Virus record (IMG/VR): IMGVR_UViG_3300045988_166053
Reading direction: 5' to 3' (one strand)
Length of the DNA stretch: 52,479 nt
Source: a virus
Under the pieces are notes generated by a model. The model was not told the DNA's origin, searched no databases, and saw only the letters and a list, made by a program, of their open reading frames with translations. Both the position numbers and the translations under genes were made by a program. Each line of letters begins with the position of its first letter. The first letter of the stretch is position 1. Positions 34,222 to 46,200 of the stretch are shown here, in pieces.

Positions 34222-37200
34222 ATGGCATTGGACAAATACGCCTTCTCTAAGATCGCCAGGGGCGAGAACCCCACGGCTGGCGCACAGGGAGGCGGCAATA
34301 AGTTCAACGCGAGGGAATACCTCGGTGGTGGCGCTGATTCCGGCATGTCCGAGAACTTCATGTCCATGAGGCAGAAGATCGCCGATGAATCCGACGCCCG
34401 AAGGGCCGCGGCTGAGCCTCCTGCTGGCAGGAAGAAGGCCGATGGACGAGACTATCTAGCCGCCACAATGGGCAAGATCGGCGAGAACATCATGGGTCTC
34501 GCTGGAGCTGAGGAAGCTGCGAAGACCGAGTCGAAGCTCGATGACGTCGGCTCCTTCCTCTTGGGCCTGCCGCTCGGAACCATTTCCGCACCGTTTACCG
34601 GCGCGTCCCAGCTTTACGAAGCGGCCTCTGGCCACAGGGCCACTGAGATGGACGATGCTGGCTATATCCCGAGCCAGGACCTCGATCTCGGACAGAGGCT
34701 TGCCACCGGTGCGTCCGGTGCCATTAACGCAGTCGGCCCGTTCTTCGGCGGCTCTGCTGGCATGTTGAGGGGCGCAAAGAACGCCGCTCTCATGGGAGGC
34801 GCCAAGGCTGCTGGCCTCATGGGTGCCGAAGATGCCGCAAAGAAGATGGCTGGCAGGGCTATTGAGTCCTCCGCAAAGTCTCTTGCCAAAGAAGAGGCGA
34901 AGGGCTGGGTCGGCAGGCTTGCATCCGAGGCCGCAGAGGAAGGCCTCGAAGAGTTTGTCCAGTCGCCGCTCGATGAGATCCGTGACGGCACTCTTGATGA
35001 CGGCTGGTTCAACAGGGCTGTCGAGGCTGGCGCGATGGGCGCTCTCGGCGGCAGCATCATGTCCGGCGCCGGAATGGCTCTCGATAGGACGTTTGGCAAG
35101 ATGGCCAATCCGTCCAACCAGTCCTCAAACAGGATGCCTCCGCTTTCACCTGACACTAAGACTATCAAGGAGCGCAGGGGCTTCAGTACCGATGCGACAT
35201 CCATGGTGTCCGATGCAAAGGACAGCATCAGGGACACACTCGCTGAGCAACAGAAGGTGCCCGGTGCGGCCTCCGCACTCCAGGTATCTTCTGGGTTGCG
35301 CAACCATGGTCTCGATGACGGAACCGTTGGCTCTGGTCTAGTCGAGAAGATCTTCTACTATCCTGATCGCAGGGATATGGAGACCGGCGAGATCCAGAGC
35401 TCCGCAAAGACAATTGCAGACTGGTTCGGTGTCACGACTGATGACATGCACAGGATTCTGTCTGGACCGAACAAGACTGCTGAGCTTAACCAGCTCGTGC
35501 AGAACATGAAGGCCAACGGTCAGTCCACAAGGCTGCTCGTCGGTCGAAACCCTGATACCAACAGGGGCCTCTATTGGATTGACGTGGACGAGATCGTCGA
35601 TTCCGACTACATCGATCTGAACCCGTTGACGTATTCCTACGTGAAGTCCGATATCGATGGCGATAAGGCGCAGCTCTACTTCGACCGTAACAACCAGGCA
35701 TCTCTCGGCTATGTATCCGAGAACATCGTTGCTCCCGAGGCCATGGACCAGAAGACGGGCCAGCCCGCCTCGAACGTCGATATCTCCGACTACGGATTCA
35801 TGCCTGCGACCATCGGTGATAAGAGCACGGCTCAGCTGACCAAGGATGACGTCAGGCGCATCTTCACTGAGGCTATCGATGAGACCGTCGGTACAAACTC
35901 CGGCATTGATGCCGTCTCCTATGCCGACAGGTGGGCCGATGAAGTCGCCTCCAGCAAGGATTCCAATAAGGCGAACTTCCTCAATGAGATCAACGCCGCC
36001 ATCAAGAACTATCTCGCCAACGGTGGTCAGCTGCTCCCCGGTGCGCACCCTGGCACCGCTGTATCGAAGATCATCGGTAAGATGCAGGCAGACACTTCCG
36101 CCGGCTTCTCTCGTGCCATGGATGCAGCTGCGGCCGATGTCAGGCGTGCAAATGAGATCGTCAGGCAAATGGTCGACATGATCCCTGGAGTCCTGGCTGA
36201 GTCCAATGAGGGTCGAGGTATGTCGTCCAAGGGCGACCTTGGTGGCATTCGATCTTATGCTGAGGCTGCCACCGACATGCTGAACGCCGCGTATGCGAAA
36301 TACAACAAGGCTGCAACGAACGTCGGCTTCCGCCAGGACGGCAGGTTTATCCTGGAGGCCCAGTCCAAGCTGCTTCAGTCGATCGACTATACGCTCCGCA
36401 ACCTCCAGACCGCCATGTCCAAGTCGGGTTTGGGCGTATCTGAATCTGTGTATCAGATGCTCGTTGACATCTGCGTGAGGCAGGTTGAGCGCGGAGGCGA
36501 CGTCACCACGACGATCTCCGGCCTGTTTGACGCAGCTCTCGCGAATGGCTCGATGACTCGCTTCAGGAATGAAGTCGGGCACACGAAGATCCAGAATGGC
36601 GAAGACCTCGAAGTCCTCAAGCGCGTGTTCAGGGATGAGTACGCAAAGCTGTACGATGCATACGAGAAGGCAATCCTCACCGACAACACGGCCAACGAGA
36701 ATGGCATGAAGCTGCCCGGTGAGATGGATAAGCCTGAGCTTCTCGAGTCTGACGGCGATGCTGCTCTCGCAAGGTACTTCAAGCGTGCCTTTGGGTCTCA
36801 GTACGGCGAGGACATGGTCGAAGGCTGGCCGAAGCACTTCGAGGGCAAGACCTGGAACGAAGCTGTGAGGATCGTCTCCCAGGATGCAAGCTATGACAGG
36901 ACGCAGTTCGTCGATCTCGATAATGGATTCCAGCAGCTTTTCAACATGATGCTGGCTGACGAGGGCAGGCAGTCTAGGCAGGTATCCATAAGGATCAACA
37001 GCGAAGTCGAAGCATCCGTACGTATGTTCGCTGATCTCCGTTCTAAGTGGGAAGCCAATGGCAAGAAGCTCCACGGAGCCGATTTCGCCATGGCAGAACA
37101 GCTTGTCACAAAGGTAAGGAGCATCATCGGCCAGAGGTCCGCCGATAAGATTGGCCTGGTCTCCGTCGATTCGTTCTTCGATTCTGGCTGGGGTGAGATG

Positions 37201-40200
37201 CTGTCCTCTGGAAACCAGGAGCTCGCCATGAAGGCCATCTGCGAGATGGCAGTAAGCGCGAAGTATGACGGCGTCATCGCAAAGCTGGATCAGGCTCTAA
37301 AAGAGAAAGACGGCCTTGTGGCCGACAAATACAGGATGGCCGCGCTGAACATGCTTGGCGATCTTGTTGATACATCCAGGGTCGATGACTACATCATCTC
37401 CGAGATAGCAGACGCCGCAAGCAGCATGGATGCCCTGAAGAATGCGGAGACGTTCTCCAGGCTCTATGACGCCATAACGAGTGATGATCCGCGCCTGACG
37501 TTCGGTGTGATCTCGAGCACCTGGGATGCAGGTAACGGAGATAACGCAAGCGTGTTCCTGACCGACGTGCTTACGACGCCCGGCTCCACGTTCTCCAATG
37601 CAGATCTTTCGAGCAGGATGAACAGGGCCGCCTCGAGCCAGCGTACCGCTGACCAAATCAACAACGAGATGAACATCGAGAGGTGGAACGCTGTATTCAG
37701 CGCGGCCACTGATGCCGGACAGCAGGAGCGCTATGCCAGCGCGATAGACGACTTGCTCAATGACCGCACCTATGAGGTCGGCAATGATGCGATCGGATCC
37801 GCAGTCTACGCTGCAACCACGATCGCAAACTCCTACAAGGAAAAGGGTGTCGTCCCGAGGTCCGCTCAGATCATGTACGCCATCTCCGAGATCTCCAGGC
37901 ACGGAGCCCTATACGCATGGTCCGATAAGCTGTTCGGTCTCTCGCAGGGCAGGATCACCAAGAGGCAGTTCCTCGATAACCCCACGCTTATCGCGAGGCT
38001 CATGGTCGATCCGAAGTTCTCGATCACCATTACCGACTGGGAAAGCGGTCAGTTCAACAACTTCAGCCGTGACGATCTGATCAGGGATGTCATCCCCGAT
38101 TGGAACGGTGGCCCGATCACCCTTAATGTCTACAACAAGATATTCACCAAGTATCCCCAGCTCATCTCCATCATCGCCCCGCTGTCGATGTCGGTCGGCG
38201 TGAACGAGAACTCTGAGTCCACTGTCACCAAGACAACGACAGACTCCGTAGACAAGGCACTCCTCAACCGTGTCAGGGAAGTCATGGACATCAACGAGGA
38301 TGCCGATAACATCACCAAACATGGGTCTGAGGCTAGGAAGCGCGTGATGCGCAGGACCAAGCTGTTGCTCATGGATCACGTCGAGTTCATTCCTGAACTC
38401 TGCCGAATGATGGGTGATGTCGACGGAAGGCTCACGCTGAGCGAAGCGACCAAGAGGTCGAGCAAGCTCGTCGATGATATGTGCAACTACTTCATCGATC
38501 TCGCGATGTCCGGCGAGGGGACCAAGTATGTCGACATGCTTGCAGAGTCTTCTGCCGATACATTCAACTCCGTCATGGGGACAATCAGTGAATCCTTCCG
38601 CGCTGCGATGGAGATAGCTTCGCTCGAAGGCGAGGTGCTCGATAGGGCCGATGACAGGAGCCTGTCCAGTCGAGATGCGCATATCAAGCACATGTCTGAG
38701 AGCATCGTGAGCAGCACGATAAACAAGTTTGCTGCTGATAATACGGCCGGTCTCACGTCACTTTTCAACAAGGCGTCAAAGAAGTTCTTCGACGAGATGA
38801 ACGGCGTCGACCAAAGGTTCGATGAATACATGCACGACCTCGACGAGCTCGAGACGATCATGAGCACCGTATTCGACCTGTATGTCGACAACAGCACCAC
38901 CAGGGCACAGATAGTCGACGAGATCAATCAGGGCCTGGATACCCAGCTCAAGATGATCGATGACAACCTGCTTGTCGATACCGAGGGCAAGACCGAAGCT
39001 CAGATCAAGGCCGAGGCAGACAACGTCCGAGAAGCGATCAAGAATGAGCTGACCGTCGATAATATCGACAGCCAGGTCACCGCGATAGCCAACAGCTTGC
39101 CGACGGCCGGCGGCATACTGAATCCTGATGACAAGCTCACCGGGTTCATCACGATAGACGACTTTGGCAATGGCACCGACGGCGCAAGGAACCTCGTCAA
39201 AGAGAAGATCTCCGAGATCTCCAGGAGCTCGAACTTCAACCTTGGAGACGGAGAGCTGTCCGTCGATGAGACCATGGATAAGATCGATGCCATCTGCGAC
39301 GAGATCGTGAAGAACGACGGAGTGCTCAACGAGGAGATCAAGAACAAAATCAAGACAGCAATGTCTTTCTGGAACTCCGTCGCTATGCGCGATTGGATGA
39401 TGGACAAGAACCTTCGAAGCGGCACCATCCAAAACGTCAACATCTTCAACGCTGTGGACAGGCACAACCAGTTCGTCCTCGACATGCGCGATGCCATCAG
39501 GTCTGACATGATTGATAGGGGAGTCGATCCGAACCTCGTCGACCTGACCGGCGAGAGGCCGCACTACCCGCATCAGGACTTCTCTGATCCCACGCTCGAC
39601 CTCATGGCGAACAGGGCGATTGTGAACTCCACGAGGGGCGGCGCCTCTACCAACGTCGGACTCAACGGTGCAAAGACTCGCGCGTATGCCGGATTCGACT
39701 TCATCCCGAGGGACTACCGCTCGCCGGTTGCTCCTATCGAGCTTGATTATAACGGGCTGATGGACCTCGTTAAGCAGGATGGAAGCTCTACTGGATCTGC
39801 CGGATATAACAGGTTCATCGGTGCAAAGACGTGCATCGGTGGTCCGTGGACCCAGAGCCCTGATCAAAATGGCCAGTGGGGCTGGGAACTTGGCACGTTC
39901 ACCGAGCGAGATCTCAGTGACATGCAGGCTGATCCGACCAAGAAGGTTCTCATCTTCGACCCGATCATGTCTCCCAACGGTATCGATATCAACTGCACGC
40001 ATGACGCATACAATGCCAACGGCTGCGATTTCCAGATGACCTTGGCCATGGTTGGACGACTCCTCGATGGTACGCAGGAGGGCATGGCGCTCAAAACCGC
40101 CAAGACGATCGGCAACGTGAATCACATGTCCCAGGACGAGCTGAAGATCGACGGACTTGATTACGGTTCCAACTCTACTGATATGTCCGCGCTCAATAGG

Positions 40201-43200
40201 TACAAGGCCGGGTCGCCGGATTGGGATAAGGCTCTGGTCGTCCTCAGGAACAAGGCCCGTGAAAACCTTATCGGCTACCGAGATAAATGGCGCAAGAACC
40301 TCAACGCGATATTCTCCGATGACGCCAACAAGGTGCTCGGCATGGGTGATGCTGAGGCTCTGCATTTCTCGCAGCTGATCACGCCGTTCGTCGAGGTCGA
40401 GGTTGAAACTATCGATGCTTCCGGTGAGGTCGTCGGCACGAGGACTGAACTCATCGACTCCATCGATCTGTTTGCCACGAATGATATAAGCGGGTTCAGA
40501 CAGGCCGTTGCCTCCATGACGACTGATGAGTCGAGGGTCTCCAGGATCATTCCGGTCGCTGTGAATCCTGAGGAGATCTCGATGAAGATCCAGCGGGAAG
40601 TAGCGGCAGCCATCCGTCAGGGCGGCAAGAAGAATAGGCAGAGGATAGCCCTCGATGCAGCTACGCATTGGCGAGGCAGCTACTCCAAGACGCTAAGCGT
40701 CGGCGATGTCCTTGCCGACTTCTCGCCGGTCAAGCCGTCCTCTTTCGAGTTTGCCATCGGAGATGACCGCACCTCTCCGCTCGGAAAGTTCCTGGATGAG
40801 CTCTATGGATCCAAGGCGCTGGAGATCCCTGGAAGCTCTCGCTCCAGGATGGACTACGCTGCTATTCCTAATGGGACGATCAACGCGGCATATTCGGCCA
40901 TGAAGGGTGCTACGACGCTCGGACTGAGCCCTCGAAAGTTCGAAGTCGATAACAGCTTGTCGTATGCCACGAGCGGCCGCCTGTCGGTGAATGGTATGCC
41001 ATTGCCGGTGAAGGCATTCTGCAAGGATAGGGACAAGCTGGGCTCCGGCGTCTCTGGAATCGACTCCGTGTCCAAGCTGTTCGAGCCGCTCAAGGATACA
41101 AAGGAAAACCAGTGCCAGCCTCCCAAGGCCGGAAATAACCCGGAGACTGCCGGCATTGTTTTCTCCGATGCTGAGTTCCTATCGGCGCTTACCTGGGCGA
41201 TGAAGTACCAGCAGCTCCTCTATGTCCCCGAGAAGTATGTGAGCCCTGGCCTTGTATCCCCGTATCCTATCGTCGGAGATCCGGTGCTAATCGGAGGCGA
41301 GAAGTTCAACATCATCGCCCCGTATAAAAATGACGCCCTCAGGCGTGCCAGCTTGAGGCGTGGCAAAGCTGCCGTCATGGACTTTGATCCGGCCAACGTG
41401 GCCGTCAGTGTCGCCGGCGGATTCACGGTGACCATGGGCGATGGTGCGAGCTATGTAAACTCTGAGACCATCGGCAGGCGCGGCCTCACGTTGCAGAACA
41501 ACCACAAGAAGATGGACGTTCTCAGCGACCTGCTCTCTGATGGCAAGGGATCGAACAGGAACGTCAAGAGTTACTCGCTCTGCACGATTCGGGATATGGC
41601 CGAGCTTGCATCGCTGACTGACGAGAACCTTGAGAAGAGCATGGTGTTCGGACGTCAGTATTCCAAGACTTCCGGCTCTGACATTGACCAGACGAAGGCC
41701 ATGATCGATATTCGTGATGCCGTGAACTATATGGCAAACAACGGTGTCAGCAAGCGTGACTCTGCATCGAGGGGAGACGTTCTCGCCTTTGCAAAGATTG
41801 AGTACCTCGATGGATCTGTCTCCTATGCACCGATTACACTCGGAACCGGAGCGCCGTCGAAGATGCTCAAGATCAACGTCACGCAGGACGGCAGCGCCAT
41901 CAAGATCGACTTCGACGCTATTGTGTCCATCAAGGACGAGAGCGATAGGGAGTTCGCGCTGAAGTACGCGATCCACTCGAAGAGCTACAAGACTATGGCC
42001 ACTGTGCTCGACAAGTTCAAGATGCCCATGCTTGGCGTCAGGTACACGGATACACAGGGCAAGACCGTAGATGCTCTTAGGGCTGACATCATCTACAACA
42101 GCACCACCGATGAGAACCGAAACAGCGATGCCTGGCTTAACATCATGAAGTCGAACCTCATGTACTGGGTACACGCTAAGTCCGGCGGAAGTCTGCTGTA
42201 CAAGAGGGTCAACGGCGGAAACTACGAAGTGAACCCCTGGCTCGAAAAGTGCGGCCTGTCTCCGCTTGAGATCAAGTCGCTTCTCGAGGGAACCGATATC
42301 CGCGTGTGGAGGAAGATCGTCAATCAGAAGATCAACCTCGTTGATCCTGCTACCGTTCCGACTGACTCCACGGTGAACGATGTCATCAGGCACGTCATCG
42401 CGAACAACATCAGGGATGGCATTCCCAACACGTATTTCTTCTCCGCTATAACCAAGGAGTCCCTTGGCGGCAAGACTCCCAAGCTGCGCGGAAAGATGTT
42501 CAGCTTCTCCTCGATTGACCAGCTCAACAGGAAGCAAACTCTCGAGCTGTTCAATGCCATGGATGACAAGTGCTGCCCTCCGGGACTCGTACATAAGTTC
42601 GATGAAAACGGTAAGCTGGCCGATAAGAAGTCGGTCATCTCCACCACGTTCGACGAGTACGGCAGGATGATGCAGTACATCGGAAAGGGTGATAACGGCA
42701 AGCCTGTATACATGGCCGTCGATGTGTCCGTTGGAGATGCCATGACGCTCGGCGTCGGAACCACGATGGACCGCGTGTCCGCCTCCGCTGCTTACAGCCT
42801 CCAGCACTCCGAGAGGCAGGGCTTGTCCAGGGCGCTGACTGAGCGCGAGCTCGATGCTGTCACCAAGGACACCATGCTGCAAATCGGAGACTACGGTGCA
42901 TTCAATGACCAAAGCCTTCGTGGCGATGGATCCACGATGGCTCGCGAGGGCATCGGCGCCTCTGCATATCAGTCCGACATCGCCGCGTATGTGGAAGCCG
43001 CAGACCGTGGTTCCAAGCCAATCATGGCCAGGGATCTCCATGAGTTCGAGGCTAGGAAACGCATCGCAGAGAGCAGCAAGATGTTCACTGAGAGGCTGCC
43101 TATCGTCCTGGCTGATGATAGAAAGTTCTTTGGAGCTGTGGACAGCATGGCCACCGTCAAGGAGAACGACCCTGATTACGCGAGGAAGCAGTCCTTGCAC

Positions 43201-46200
43201 GACAGCTACACCATGGTCAGGGATGCTCTTGGCATGGGCGACGGAGGCAAATGGCTGACATGGGACCGCTTCATGATGCTCGTCAAGCGTGATTGCGGAA
43301 TCACCTATAACGACGGCAAGGGAACGTTCCAGATCACCGTTGATCAGATCCACGAGTCCGCCCTGCGCATCAAGAGGAACATCGAGAAGACCGGCCTACC
43401 GATTGTCGCCGCTAACAACAACGATGGCTATTCAAGCAGGTACTCGCTGCCGATGCTACTGCCGTCCGAGAAGTCCTACTTCTGGCAGTTCGAGAACATC
43501 CGCAACGAGAACGGCGGAGATTTCTCGAAGTTCGAGGAGAACATTCTCGCTGAAGGCGACAGGGCTATCGAGCTCATCACGAGGATCCCGGCTACCCAAA
43601 AGAGTGCCGGCCGTGGTGAGAGCGTTGTATCCAAGAAGAAAAGGAACGCGCTTCTCGCAGCGTGTGACTGGATGTACACGGAGAACGGATACGCAACCAA
43701 GTCCGGAAGGATCTATGGCGATACCTATTCCTCTGACATGATCAGGGATTCCAATGCCTTCTTCGAGGCCCTGTTCGACAATGAGTCTCAGCAGGAATGG
43801 AAAGAGCTCCTCATGGAGACGACCGATGAGGTCGCCCAGAAGCTCAAGGACTACAGGTCTCTGTACAACGCTAAGTACACGATCACCACGCTCGATGACT
43901 CCGGAAGGACCATCGTCAAGGTCAAGGCGAACGATCAAGCTACGATAGACAAGATCCTTAACTTTGCGACTACGACGTCGCAGATGATGGGCGTCATGTC
44001 TCCGTCTGTGCTGTTTGCCAACTATGCAGACAAGGCGCTGTCCACCAATGCCATGAAGCTGGCCATGAAGATCGGCAGGGATTACGGTATCGGATCCTAT
44101 GCGACCGATGTCGACGTGAACCAGGATCTCGTCAAGCAGTTCTCGCGTGACCCGCTCGTGCTGCGATTCTGGAATGCCATGCGCGATGCCGCCATTGACG
44201 GAGACGAACAACTGTTCTTGGCTACCGTGAACGACGAAGCTGATCTCACCACCTGGATCGAGACCCGAGGCAATCGCAGGAACAAGATCTCTGACATGGT
44301 GTTCAGGGGCATCAACGGAGGCAATTCCTTCGCCAGTGTCCAGATCGAGAACTTCATGAACTACTTCCTCACGCTCGAAGCAAAGGATGGTCACAACTAC
44401 TGGTTCCAGCCTGTCAACGATTCGAACGGCCCGACGGAGATGCGCATCGAGCAGATCATGGCGAGCGACAATGCGTTCAGGCTGTTCGTTGACATCTTCG
44501 GAGGCGGCGTCTCCTTCTCGCTTGATAACGCGATGGTCGCCCAGAACAACGCGCTTAGGGGCGACATGGCGCAAAGGTCTGTCCCCTCGATGCTCTACAA
44601 TGACTTCGTCAGGCAGCATGGCTCCGCCGCAAAGTTCTTCTCGACCACGTTCGTCTCCAGGTTCATGCAGGCCCGCATCAACCAGGGCAGCAGGATGCTC
44701 AACTGGGTTCTCCCTATGTCCACGCTTCACCATGCGACCATTGAGTTCCTGACCTCTGAGGGCATGGCTGATACCAAGATTGGCCAGAGGGCTCAGCTCC
44801 TGCACATCGAGGACGCCAGGACATTTAAGAACTTCAAGATGGCCCTGGCGAGCGATGCTCTCCATATGGCGCCGGCTGTCCTCGCCGCAGTTCTTATGGC
44901 TATCCCCGGTGCCATCGAGCCTCCTGAGGACGATGACAAATGGGGCAACCCGACGGACTGGCTGTTCTTTGGCCACAGGGTCTATCCTGACTGGGAGCTT
45001 GAGTCGATCATGGGCATGGCGCTCCCGGCGGCCGCCTTCTGGAAGTCTTGCGCCCTTGGCAGGCCTAGGGTCGACCTGCTGACCAATGGCGCAGCCTCCG
45101 TGTTCTACAACAACCCGATGGCCAGGATGTCTGACCTTCTCGCCATGATCACCGGCGATCCTGAGTCCTCGATCCTCTCTGATTACGAGAGGGACGTTGA
45201 GACCTATGCCGACGCTAAGAACGGATCTCCGGACCTGTCTCGCTGGCTCATGGGTCAGTTCCAGGGTTCCATGCTCACATGGGCCGGCCAGTTCTGGTGC
45301 CCGCAGATCTTCAAGGAGCTGTTCTCGACGAGCCTCGAGCATAGCTACAACAAGGTTTATGAGGAGACCTCGACTGGCGCTCTGACAGAGGCCGGAGCCA
45401 ACGGCAAGACCATGAAGACGACCTACGAGGATGCCATGCTTCGCAAGGTCGCCAGGAGGAACCCGGTTACCGCAACGCTGCTCGACATCACTCTCCGCCC
45501 GAACACCGGGTACCTGGAGAGCGAGATGCCTCTCGTCGTCATTCCTGATCAGGCACAGATGGATTCCCAGAAATACTGGAGCCTCTACGACGATGCGGGC
45601 AACCCGCTTCCTGAGTCGGTCAGGCAGGAGAAGATCATCGAGATCATCTCCCTCATGCAACAGACCGATGACATGGAGGATCTGTACAAGGCTGGCTTCT
45701 ATCTCGATTCGAAGACCAGGTTCGATGTCGGTGACACGATCTGGCAGATCTGCTCGAACCTCACGGATGCCTATTACGAGATGGAAGCCAATGGCGACCT
45801 GAATCCGTATGTCCTTGGTGGTGGCGATTACTACAAGGGCAAGGCACTGGCTACCCAGATCTCCAATGCCTACTATGACGAGCTCGATTATTGGAAGTCC
45901 TTCTACTACGACAAGCTGGAAAGCGAGCCGATGCGTAGGGGCATGGTCATGTACAACAGGTACAAGACCACCTATGCACAGGACGACAATGGCGATGTCT
46001 ACGCCACCGGCATCATGGCAGACACCTCTGGCCTGAAGTCTCTGTCCCCGGTTAAGATCGCTCCCGACTCCTTGACGGAGAAGACGATCACGATGGGCTA
46101 TGAGGGTGACTTCATGACTCCGTCCGCTGTTACCGGTGAGAGCACCGGCATGAGGGCACTCATCCCCGTCGAACAGGGCTATGAGAACGTGATTCCCTTT